Shown: positions 38,272-48,206 of the stretch, piece after piece
Layout: the number at the start of each line of letters is the position of its first letter
How positions within the stretch are numbered: the first letter of the stretch is position 1
Source of the DNA: Bacteroidota bacterium
Lineage (GTDB): Bacteria; Bacteroidota; Bacteroidia; Chitinophagales; LD1
NCBI GenBank assembly: GCA_026391075.1
Contig: JAPLES010000023.1
Location: 53,574 to 117,573, forward strand
Length of the DNA stretch: 64,000 nt
Direction of reading: 5' to 3'
Notes under the pieces: generated by a model
Seen by the model: only the letters and a program-made list of their open reading frames with translations
Told to the model about the DNA's origin: nothing
Database searches by the model: none
Position numbers and translations under genes: made by a program

Positions 38272-40752
38272 TTATTTCGGTTTGTAAGTTGACGTAAACA
38301 ATTTCTTCGTTCCAAGTTCATCGCCATTCGCAACAAAGTTGGCTTCAAAATATTCTGCCTTGCTCCAAGGTTTTACTCCATTGTCGTAAAATTTACTTCC
38401 CGGGTTTCCAGACTGCCCGCCCGGATAAACAGTAAATGCTTTCATGGCTCCTTCATCAACAATCATTCGCCACGAAGGACCGCTGCTATTATTGGTAGCA
38501 TTGATAATTCCTCGGTTGCCTCCATTGTAAACATTCAATGAACTGAAAGCATCCAATCGCGCTAAGTGTTCAACTTTGGTTGCTTTGTATGAACCCCAAT
38601 CGTGAGGTTTAGAATCTTTATTTGTAAATTTTTCATCGGTTCCTTCAGGTTCGCCAACTTCCGTAAAACTTTTTGCGGTGAGTGTATCCTTAACCCGCAA
38701 AAATGATTGCAACACCAATTCATTGCGCGTTTCTTTTACTTTAGTTGAAAGATTATCATAAAAAACAGATGCACTATCGTTTTTCAATAATTGCACGGTT
38801 ACATAAAAACTCGGTTGCTTCATAGGAATTGTTGGATTCGACATTTCATCCCACAATAAAGCGCGCAATTCATTCCACCAAATTTCAAAATATACCGGAG
38901 CAATTTCATTCGCGTTGTTATAGAAATCCCATTTGCCAATAGAATCAGCTATGTTTTGTTCTTCTTTACTTAAACTTTTTTTATCAAGCAACGAAAGTAA
39001 AACAGGAACCGCTTCACTTGCATGAACATTGAAATTATCGCTCTGCATCTTTTTCATAAAGTCGGCATCAATATTTTTTCCTTCTGTCAACAGTTTATTG
39101 ATTCTGCGGTTGCGATAATTTTCGTAAACACCAACACCCGAATAGTAATAAGGATAAGTAGAATCAGTAGGATGCTGATTGGCACTGCTCACAAAGCCGC
39201 GCTCCGGATTTTTTGATGTCGGGTTTCCTTCACTCGGAATAAAAGTTTTCCATTCGTCATTATCGGTAGTGCCATCGCTTAAATATTTTCCCTGCTCGGT
39301 AGCTTTATCGCGAATAGGAAATAAGCCTTGTTCTACAATTGCTATATCTCCACTGCGCGAAGCAAAAACAAAATTCTGCGCAGGACATGTATAGGTCTTC
39401 AACGCGTTGATGTAGTCATTGTAATTTTTTCCGGTGTTGAGTTGATAGAAAGTTTTGAATTCGTTCGAAGGCAAGTGAGCCGTCCAGCGCATCGACAAAT
39501 TTTTCTTTGAGTCAGCGGTGCCGAAGTTTTCATCAAATACCACTGGTCCGAATTTGGTATAGATAACCGTATCATCCACTTCGCCTTTTCCGCGCACCAT
39601 ATATTTTTCAATTTTCTTTTCAGCTTTCAACCATTGACCGTTATATTCGTATTCATTACGAGAAGCATCTTTGAATTTAATAGTGTACCAGTCGCGTACA
39701 TCGCGTCCGCCATTGGTAACACCCCACGAAATAGAATCATTAAAGCCGATGACCACAGCTGGCGAACCGGGAAGTGTGGCACCATACACATTCATGTTTG
39801 GCGAAACCAAATGCATTTCGTACCAAATAGAAGGGAGCGATAATTTCAAATGCGGGTCGTTACACAAAATAGGTTTGCCGCTTTTTGTTTTGCTGCCACT
39901 TACTGCCCAATTGTTAGAGCCGGTAATTTCATCGGGTTTTTGAATTACTGTTGAATACAAGTCCGATGTCTGATGTCCAATGTCCGATGTTGTATTCCCT
40001 TTTAGCTTTTCACTTTTCACTTCAAACTTTGTTCCGATAGGAACAATAGGGTCTTCATCTTTTATAAAATCTGGATACAGTTTTCTGAATTCATCTTTTC
40101 CATACTTTGCTATGAAGTTTGAGTTCTCAATGTCAAATTCAAAAACCGAAAGCATGTTGGCCATGTTCTTCAACAGTAACGCTACTTTAATTGGCGTCCA
40201 CTCTTCGGGTTTGTAATCGAGTAGTTTATATTCAATTGGATAATTTTTAGGAGCGAGTGTGTTGATGTAAGCGTTCACACCTTTGCAATAAGCATCAATC
40301 AGTTTTTTGCTTTCCGCATCCTTCGAAATATATTCCTGTGCGGCTTCTGCCCCGTAACCCATTCCTATTCTGCGTTGCATTCGGTCAACATCAAGCGCCT
40401 TCTCTCCAACTATTTCACTAATTCTTCCCGCAGCATTTGCGGTTTGAATTTCCATTTGCCACAAACGGTATTTTGCGGTAATGTATCCCTGCATATAATA
40501 AAGGTCTTCATCGTTCTTCGCAAAAACGTGCGGCACTAAACGCTCATCGAAATACACTTTGACTTCTTCTTTCAACCCTGCAAGATTTGCTTCTTCATCT
40601 TTCCATCCATTTACATTTTCGGCATTCTGCCAAAAACCCGCAAACGGATTTAAAAACTTTCCGAAGGCAGGAGCTACTCCCATTTTGGTATTCAGAAAAT
40701 AAACAAGCCCAAGGGTGACGGTGAGGGAGAGTAGGAGTTTAAAATATTTCAT
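38272..40752 (-). CDS. penicillin acylase family Ntn hydrolase
   Basis: VPHVFA, G-SNNWAV nucleophile, NDPHL, SANQ, GPSWRM, PGGQSG. Confidence 0.93.
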   Translation of the reverse strand: MKYFKLLLSLTVTLGLVYFLNTKMGVAPAFGKFLNPFAGFWQNAENVNGWKDEEANLAGLKEEVKVYFDERLVPHVFAKNDEDLYYMQGYITAKYRLWQMEIQTANAAGRISEIVGEKALDVDRMQRRIGMGYGAEAAQEYISKDAESKKLIDAYCKGVNAYINTLAPKNYPIEYKLLDYKPEEWTPIKVALLLKNMANMLSVFEFDIENSNFIAKYGKDEFRKLYPDFIKDEDPIVPIGTKFEVKSEKLKGNTTSDIGHQTSDLYSTVIQKPDEITGSNNWAVSGSKTKSGKPILCNDPHLKLSLPSIWYEMHLVSPNMNVYGATLPGSPAVVIGFNDSISWGVTNGGRDVRDWYTIKFKDASRNEYEYNGQWLKAEKKIEKYMVRGKGEVDDTVIYTKFGPVVFDENFGTADSKKNLSMRWTAHLPSNEFKTFYQLNTGKNYNDYINALKTYTCPAQNFVFASRSGDIAIVEQGLFPIRDKATEQGKYLSDGTTDNDEWKTFIPSEGNPTSKNPERGFVSSANQHPTDSTYPYYYSGVGVYENYRNRRINKLLTEGKNIDADFMKKMQSDNFNVHASEAVPVLLSLLDKKSLSKEEQNIADSIGKWDFYNNANEIAPVYFEIWWNELRALLWDEMSNPTIPMKQPSFYVTVQLLKNDSASVFYDNLSTKVKETRNELVLQSFLRVKDTLTAKSFTEVGEPEGTDEKFTNKDSKPHDWGSYKATKVEHLARLDAFSSLNVYNGGNRGIINATNNSSGPSWRMIVDEGAMKAFTVYPGGQSGNPGSKFYDNGVKPWSKAEYFEANFVANGDELGTKKLFTSTYKPK
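39959..40023. repeat. two heptamer arrays inside the acylase spacer region
   Basis: AAGTCCG ATGTCTG ATGTCCA ATGTCCG ATGT and CTTTTAG CTTTTCA CTTTTCA CTTC. Confidence 0.75.
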
Positions 40753-40811
40753 GCAGCAAAATTTGCGGTGATTATTACTGCCTGCTAATTTATTTATTCA
40801 TTTAAGAAAGT

Positions 40812-40874
40812 ATGTCACGCTGAGCTTGTCGAAGCGTTTCCCCAAAACAATCCTTCGACAAGCTCAGGATGACA
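40812..40874. repeat. REP-like element, copy 2
   Basis: ATGTCACGCTGAGCTTGTCGAAGCG...CCTTCGACAAGCTCAGGATGACA matches 9988-10050. Confidence 0.85.
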
Positions 40875-40987
40875 GATGCTCTGATTAATTCAGAGTTATC
40901 TTTTTCATCAGTTTCACATTTAACAACCACGCCATTAAACCTTTCTATCTTTATTCCATCTATCAGACTTAACCAAAAACTTACATC

Positions 40988-41926
40988 ATGAAAAAGAAAT
41001 TATTCCAGTTGTCGCTTTTACTTGCGGCATTCGCTGTGCTCACATTGAGTTCATGCAAAAAGACAGACGATGCTGACGACAGTATAAGTGCGGAAGATGC
41101 CAGCAATGTATCTTCTACTTTAAATTCCGCTACCGATGATGCTACCAATGCGGCTTCGGGTATTCAATCGTTTTCTGGAAAAACAGAAGGAGCGATGCAA
41201 CTTTGCGGAGCAACGGTTGATACAACTAACTTACATACTGATGGCTCGGTGCTTATTACTTTTAACGGACAGGATTGCAGCGGAAGAATTTCGCGCACAG
41301 GAACTATTACTGCTACCATAGCAAACTATACTTCCGGCACTCGTTGGAAAGATGCAGGTGCAGTATTGACTTTAGTTTTTAATGCGGTTACGGTAACCAA
41401 TTTAAATTCGAATAAAACGGTAGTATTGAATGGCACGCATGTGCACACAAATGTTACAGGTGGTTTGGCTTGGAAAATTATGAATGGTGTTGATGTGGGA
41501 ACTGTAACGCATCATCATACTGCAACTAATTTCTCACTTACGTTTGATGACGGAACTTCAAGAGTGTGGAGTGTTGATAGAACAAGAACGTTTTCAAATA
41601 TAGGAGGCATACAATCTGTAACTATTTCTTCAGACCATACAGAAGGCGGCATCAACAATGTAGATGCATGGGGTACAAATCGCTTAGGAACTGCTTTCAC
41701 AAATCAAATAACAACACCAATTGTTGCCAGCACCACTTGCGGAATGAACAAGCCTACACAAGGGCATGTAACGCATCATGTAGGCAGCCACACCGTGGAT
41801 GTTGTGCTTGGAGTAAATTCAACCGGCTCGGCTTATGATGGAACATGCAGCAATCTTTATGGGTTTAAAGTAACGCATACACGTAACGGTCATGAGCGCT
41901 CTCGTGTAGTTTCTTATTGGTTTTAA
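40988..41926 (+). CDS. lipoprotein of unknown function
   Basis: Lipobox LSSC-KK followed by an acidic stretch; Thr/Gly/His-rich beta content. Confidence 0.8.
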   Translation: MKKKLFQLSLLLAAFAVLTLSSCKKTDDADDSISAEDASNVSSTLNSATDDATNAASGIQSFSGKTEGAMQLCGATVDTTNLHTDGSVLITFNGQDCSGRISRTGTITATIANYTSGTRWKDAGAVLTLVFNAVTVTNLNSNKTVVLNGTHVHTNVTGGLAWKIMNGVDVGTVTHHHTATNFSLTFDDGTSRVWSVDRTRTFSNIGGIQSVTISSDHTEGGINNVDAWGTNRLGTAFTNQITTPIVASTTCGMNKPTQGHVTHHVGSHTVDVVLGVNSTGSAYDGTCSNLYGFKVTHTRNGHERSRVVSYWF

Positions 41927-41946
41927 TCGGTAAAAAATCAGAATAG

Positions 41947-41979
41947 AAAAATCCTGCTCCGTTACGGGCAGGATTTTTT
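41947..41979 (+). terminator. intrinsic terminator
   Basis: AAAAATCCTGC...GCAGGA followed by TTTTTT. Confidence 0.8.
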
Positions 41980-41993
41980 ATTTACTTCGATTC

Positions 41994-42629
41994 ATGGCAG
42001 AAGAGAAAATGAGTTTTGCAAAAAGTGTGGTGCTGGTGTTTGGATTGGTAGCGGTGTTGTGGATTGTTTTTCTACTTCAATACTTCGGTATCATCAATAC
42101 TGATGCTTACGGAAACTGGCCTCATCACAAAGAAGGATTGAAAGGAATTATTTTCTCTCCGTTCATTCACGGAAGTTTCGAGCATCTCATCTCCAACTCA
42201 CTTCCGATTATTGTTTTGCTTACAGTTTTGCTGAACGCATATCCTTCAACGGCTTTGTATGTGTTGGTATTCATTCACATCACCAGTGGAAGTTTGGTTT
42301 GGTGTTTAGCTCCCGATAATGGAGTCCATATTGGCATCAGTGGAATTATTTATGGCATTGCAGGATTTTTAGTTGCCTCGGGTTTGTTTCGTAAGGACAG
42401 AACTTCTATAACCATTGCACTTTTTGTGGCACTCTCTTATGGAAGTATGGTGGTAGGTTTTATTCCCGAAAAAGGAGTGAGCTGGCAATCGCACTTGTAT
42501 GGAGCAATTAGCGGAGTGCTGATTGCTTTTGTGTTTCGCAAAAAAGATTTGCCGCCACCACACGAATTTGAATTAGAAAAAACGGAAGACGAAAAACATT
42601 TTTTCGATAACACCGAGCAAACGATTTAA
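41994..42629 (+). CDS. rhomboid family intramembrane serine protease
   Basis: PFIHGSFEHLISN, HIGISG (GxS), SWQSHLYG. Confidence 0.92.
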   Translation: MAEEKMSFAKSVVLVFGLVAVLWIVFLLQYFGIINTDAYGNWPHHKEGLKGIIFSPFIHGSFEHLISNSLPIIVLLTVLLNAYPSTALYVLVFIHITSGSLVWCLAPDNGVHIGISGIIYGIAGFLVASGLFRKDRTSITIALFVALSYGSMVVGFIPEKGVSWQSHLYGAISGVLIAFVFRKKDLPPPHEFELEKTEDEKHFFDNTEQTI

Positions 42630-42655
42630 TTATGCAGTTGAATTCATTTTCAAAT

Positions 42656-42687
42656 TTCCGCAACGCTTTTAAAAACGGGATGAAACA
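42656..42687 (+). repeat. hairpin-tail mini-element copy (32 nt) inside an 8-mer array
   Basis: TTCCG-caacgcttttaaaaa-CGGGA-TGAAACA flanked by ATTTTCAA/ATTTTTAA units. Confidence 0.6.
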
Positions 42688-42711
42688 AATTTTTAAATTT
42701 TCAAATTCGCC

Positions 42712-43992
42712 ATGTATATCAATGTTCCCGAAGTAAAAGTTCCGCGCGTAGTTATTATAGGTTGTGGCTTTGGCGGTTTAGAACTCGCCAAACAATTGAG
42801 CAAAGCCGAAGTACAGATTGTGCTGCTCGACAAAAATAACTACCACACGTTTCAGCCTTTGTTGTATCAGGTTTCTACTGCGGGTTTAGAAGCCGATTCG
42901 ATTGCTTACCCCATCCGCAAAATATTTAAGGGGCAGAAGAACTTTCACTTCCGCATGGGCGAAGTGCAGCAAATTGTTTCAGCAGAAAATAAATTATTGA
43001 TAAGCATTGGTGAATTGAAATACGATTACTTAGTTATTGCCACCGGTTCTACCACCAACTACTTTGGCATAAAAGATTTTGAGCAGAACGCCATGCCCAT
43101 GAAAAGCGTAACCGAAGCACTCGACCTCCGCAGTTTAATTCTTCAGAATTTTGAAAAGGCTTTGCTCACGAAAGATTTACAAGAGCAGGAAGCACTGATG
43201 ACTTTTGTAGTTGTAGGTGGCGGACCAACCGGTGTGGAGTTAGCCGGTGCTTTATGCGAATTAAAGAAACACGTATTGCCAAACGATTATCCCGAACTCG
43301 ATTTTAGAAAGATGCGCGTGATACTGATTGAAAACGGTAGCGAGCTTTTGCAAGCCATGAACGAAACCAACCGCAAGCGCGCTTCTACTTATTTAGAAGA
43401 ACTTGGTTGCGAAGTGTGGCTGAACACCGGTGTCGTAAAATATGATGGAACGATTGCAGAAACTAAAACAGGAAAGCAACTTTACACTTCAGGTTTAATT
43501 TGGGCAGCAGGTATTAAAGCAGTTTTGATTGATGGATTAAACAAAGATTCGATTAACGCGCGTGGAAGAATTTCTATTGATGAATACTGTAAAGTAAAAG
43601 GACACGAAAACATTTTTGCCATTGGCGATGTGGCTTGCATGGTGCAGGAAAAATATCCGAACGGACATCCGCAAATAGCACCCGTGGCTATTCAGCAGGC
43701 GCAATTGGTGGCAAGCAATTTGAAAAAAACTTTCAAGCAATGGACGCTCAACAAGTTTAATTACTTCGATAAGGGAACGATGGCAACCGTTGGCAGAAAT
43801 CGCGCGGTGGTGGAAGTTGGCAAAATTACTTTCGGAAGATTGTTTGGATGGCTTGCGTGGATGGGCTTGCACTTAATGTTACTCGTTGGTTTCCGTAACA
43901 GAGTTGTTGTGTTCATTAACTGGGTGTGGAGTTATATTAACTATGATAGAAACATGCGCCTGATTATTCGTCCGTTCGTGCGCAAAAAATAA
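42712..43992 (+). CDS. ndh: type II NADH dehydrogenase
   Basis: IIGCGFGG, FQPLLYQV, VVGGGPTGVELAG, WAAG, FAIGD, KGTMATVGR. Confidence 0.9.
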   Translation: MYINVPEVKVPRVVIIGCGFGGLELAKQLSKAEVQIVLLDKNNYHTFQPLLYQVSTAGLEADSIAYPIRKIFKGQKNFHFRMGEVQQIVSAENKLLISIGELKYDYLVIATGSTTNYFGIKDFEQNAMPMKSVTEALDLRSLILQNFEKALLTKDLQEQEALMTFVVVGGGPTGVELAGALCELKKHVLPNDYPELDFRKMRVILIENGSELLQAMNETNRKRASTYLEELGCEVWLNTGVVKYDGTIAETKTGKQLYTSGLIWAAGIKAVLIDGLNKDSINARGRISIDEYCKVKGHENIFAIGDVACMVQEKYPNGHPQIAPVAIQQAQLVASNLKKTFKQWTLNKFNYFDKGTMATVGRNRAVVEVGKITFGRLFGWLAWMGLHLMLLVGFRNRVVVFINWVWSYINYDRNMRLIIRPFVRKK

Positions 43993-44394
43993 TCAACCCG
44001 CAAATTTTGCAGCAAGTAAATAGGAGAGCAACGCGCAACTTCCGGTCAGCACAATTCCCCAGATGATGTCAACGATTACTACCACCAAAGGCCAGCTCCT
44101 AATGGTTGCCATGTTGGTGAGGTCATAAGTAGCATAGCAAAGCATGCCCAATACCGCGCCCTGCATTAATGCAGTTTGCCAGCTATGTTTTTCAAGTGCA
44201 GGCAACACCGCGAAATACAAGATGCCACCAATGTAAATCAAGTAGAAGATAATGGCTGCGGGCCAGTTTACTTCGGGCGAAAGAATAAAGCCCAGCTTTT
44301 CGCGATAGAAGTTTTTGGCAACAACTCCCAGCCATACCATATCAATGGCAAAGAAGATAAATGTGGTAATGATGTAAGTGGTGATAATTTGCAT
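43993..44394 (-). CDS. DUF2177 family membrane protein
   Basis: DMVWLG, YATYDLTNMAT, DIIWG. Confidence 0.8.
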   Translation of the reverse strand: MQIITTYIITTFIFFAIDMVWLGVVAKNFYREKLGFILSPEVNWPAAIIFYLIYIGGILYFAVLPALEKHSWQTALMQGAVLGMLCYATYDLTNMATIRSWPLVVVIVDIIWGIVLTGSCALLSYLLAAKFAG

Positions 44395-44486
44395 ATTAGT
44401 TTTTGTAAGTAAACAAAACGGGTAACAGAAAGTTCAGCGTCTAAGCTAACTACTTTATCCGGGCAGAAACAATATCAGTTCACCAT

Positions 44487-44933
44487 TTGTTTTTAAGCAA
44501 GTCTAATTCCTATTTTTGCTTCGTGGTTCAAATCAATTTCACACTTCTTAAAAAAAGGATTACTCCGCTGTATCAATTAGCAGTGGCAATAATTATTGGT
44601 TGGGCGGGTATGCTTGTTTGCCGTTTCGTTCATCATGAACCTGCGGCAGAATATTTTGCGGCAATGGTGGCAATCATTTTTTATGTAATCATGAATACCA
44701 TAGTATCACTAGCGTATACAAGTTTTTTGCGCTACACCATGCCCTCGTTTTATATCTACATATTATTAGTAGCGGTTCTTTTTTTTACTGCCAAACAATT
44801 ATCCGGCATCAGCATCTGGACTTTGAGCATTTATAAAATGATGCTCGTATCGGTTTCGATATTTTACTTTATGGTAGGAGTGATGGTGCGCGTTATACGC
44901 GTTATTTACGAGGCGGCTGAAAGCGGTTTCTGA
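44487..44933 (+). CDS. hypothetical membrane protein
   Basis: Four hydrophobic segments; start uncertain; 3' end overlaps pyrD by 28 nt. Confidence 0.6.
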   Translation: MFLSKSNSYFCFVVQINFTLLKKRITPLYQLAVAIIIGWAGMLVCRFVHHEPAAEYFAAMVAIIFYVIMNTIVSLAYTSFLRYTMPSFYIYILLVAVLFFTAKQLSGISIWTLSIYKMMLVSVSIFYFMVGVMVRVIRVIYEAAESGF

Positions 44934-45964
44934 ATCAGTGCCCGATTAATATCATGAATCAATTGCGGCCCTGCATAAATAAATCCAGAGTAGAGTTGAA
45001 TTAAATCTGCTCCCGCAGAAAACTTATCGAGCGCATCCTGCACATTCATAATTCCGCCAACACCCACAATGCTTAATTCTGAATTCTGAATTCTGAATTC
45101 TGCATTAATTCGCTGAATTACTTCAGTAGACCGTTTCGTTAACGGTGCACCGCTTAAACCACCTGCTCCGTAATTTTCAATTTCAGAGGGTGTGTAGTTC
45201 AATCCTTCGCGCGAGATAGTTGTGTTCGTGGCAACAATGCCCTGAATTTTTGTTTGCTGCACCACGCTCACCACATCGGTAATTTGTTCGTTGGTTAAAT
45301 CGGGAGCAATTTTTAAAAGAATAGGTTTTGGTTTTTGCTGCGCCTGATTGTAATCCTGCAAGGCATTGAGAATAGCGGTAAGCGAATCTTTATCCTGCAA
45401 CGCGCGAAGTCCTGGCGTGTTAGGCGAACTTACGTTTACCACAAAATAATGCGCATGTTCAAAAAGTTTTTTGAAACAATATTCGTAATCGCGAATAGCG
45501 TTTTCGTTACTAGTTATTTTGTTCTTGCCTATGTTGGCTCCTACTATAATGTTCGTTTTTCTGCGCTTCAGTTTTTCTGCTGCTACTTCTGCACCAATAT
45601 TATTAAAACCCATGCGGTTAATCAGCGCGCCATCTTTAACTAAGCGAAACAACCTCGGCTTATCATTGCCGGGTTGCGGCTGCGGAGTAACGGTTCCTAT
45701 TTCAACAAAACCAAAACCAAGCATTCCCATTTCATCAATCACTTCTCCGTTTTTATCGAGCCCCGCGGCAAGGCCCACAGGATTCGGAAAATCGAGCCCC
45801 CATAAATTGCGGTGAAGCGAAGTGTGTTCAACTTTATTTCCTGCAATAAAATTTAGTAGTGGAGGAAACTTACCTGCCAGTTGTAAATTATGAACGGTGA
45901 AATGATGCGCCTCTTCGGGGTCTAACTGAAACAGAAATTTTTTAGCGAGAGGATACAAATTCAT
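44906..45964 (-). CDS. pyrD: quinone-dependent dihydroorotate dehydrogenase
   Basis: NPVGLAAGLDK, INRMGFNN, NVSSPNTPGLR, KIAPD, GGLSG; start set at MNLYP (45964). Confidence 0.96.
   Translation of the reverse strand: MNLYPLAKKFLFQLDPEEAHHFTVHNLQLAGKFPPLLNFIAGNKVEHTSLHRNLWGLDFPNPVGLAAGLDKNGEVIDEMGMLGFGFVEIGTVTPQPQPGNDKPRLFRLVKDGALINRMGFNNIGAEVAAEKLKRRKTNIIVGANIGKNKITSNENAIRDYEYCFKKLFEHAHYFVVNVSSPNTPGLRALQDKDSLTAILNALQDYNQAQQKPKPILLKIAPDLTNEQITDVVSVVQQTKIQGIVATNTTISREGLNYTPSEIENYGAGGLSGAPLTKRSTEVIQRINAEFRIQNSELSIVGVGGIMNVQDALDKFSAGADLIQLYSGFIYAGPQLIHDINRALIQKPLSAAS
45075..45102. repeat. perfect (AATTCTG)4 inside pyrD
   Basis: Four exact heptamers, translated AEFRIQNSEL. Confidence 0.9.
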
Positions 45965-46182
45965 AGGGGCGAATATAGGTGGAATGCGGAATTTTGAATA
46001 CGGAAAAGATACAACATGACCAAGTTCAGAATGGAGATATGCTTTTTGCCATTCGCAGAACAATTAATTGTTCAAGGCTGCTGGCTAAAATGGTTTCCAA
46101 CATTTTGCAAACTTCATTTTGAAAATTGCCTTTTCCATCTATTTTCGCACCGCATTTTAAAAAACAACTCAATAAAATATAG

Positions 46183-47694
<1,512 letters not shown>

Positions 47695-47700
47695 TAACCA

Positions 47701-47801
47701 CCCCTCCCATCCTCCCCGAAGGGGAGGGGTAAATTCAAAATTCAAAAAACAAAATTTCCACGGGGCGGGGAAAGCCTCTCCTTCGGAGAGGTTTGGAGAG
47801 G
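47701..47801. repeat. inverted pair of REP-like elements between atpD and atpC
   Basis: CCCCTCCCATCCTCCCC-GAA-GGGGAGGGG and an inverted CCTCTCC-TTC-GGAGAGGTTTGGAGAGG. Confidence 0.8.
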
Positions 47802-47808
47802 TGAACTT

Positions 47809-48057
47809 ATGACACTAGATATATTAACTCCTGAAAAAAAACTCTACAGCGGTGATGCAACATTGGTGCAATTGCCGGGTGTCGATGGTTTGTTTGAAAT
47901 TTTGAATAATCACGCGCCTATTATTTCTGCTTTAGGGAATGGAGTGCTGAAGTTTAAGAGTAATACCGGTGAAACAAATATTAAAATTAGTGGCGGATTT
48001 GTAGAATGCCTCAACAACAAAGTAATTGTTTGTGCCGAGAGCGGAAGTGTTTTGTAA
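47809..48057 (+). CDS. atpC: ATP synthase F1 subunit epsilon (short form)
   Basis: LDILTPE, LPGVDG, ILNNHAPIISAL, ISGGFVE. Confidence 0.95.
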   Translation: MTLDILTPEKKLYSGDATLVQLPGVDGLFEILNNHAPIISALGNGVLKFKSNTGETNIKISGGFVECLNNKVIVCAESGSVL

Positions 48058-48075
48058 ATCAATTTTAGTCGCCTG

Positions 48076-48111
48076 AAAAAGCCTTTCGAAAAAAATTCGA
48101 GAGGCTTTTTT
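48076..48111 (+). terminator. atpDC terminator
   Basis: AAAAAGCCTTTCGAA...TTCGAGAGGC followed by TTTTTT. Confidence 0.8.
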
Positions 48112-48206
48112 GTTTTCGTTCTACTCTTTTAATTCCAATTCCATTTGGTTTAAACCAAAAATCAAGAAACTTTCTTTAGTAAAGCAGCAATATTATTTTC
48201 GATGTC

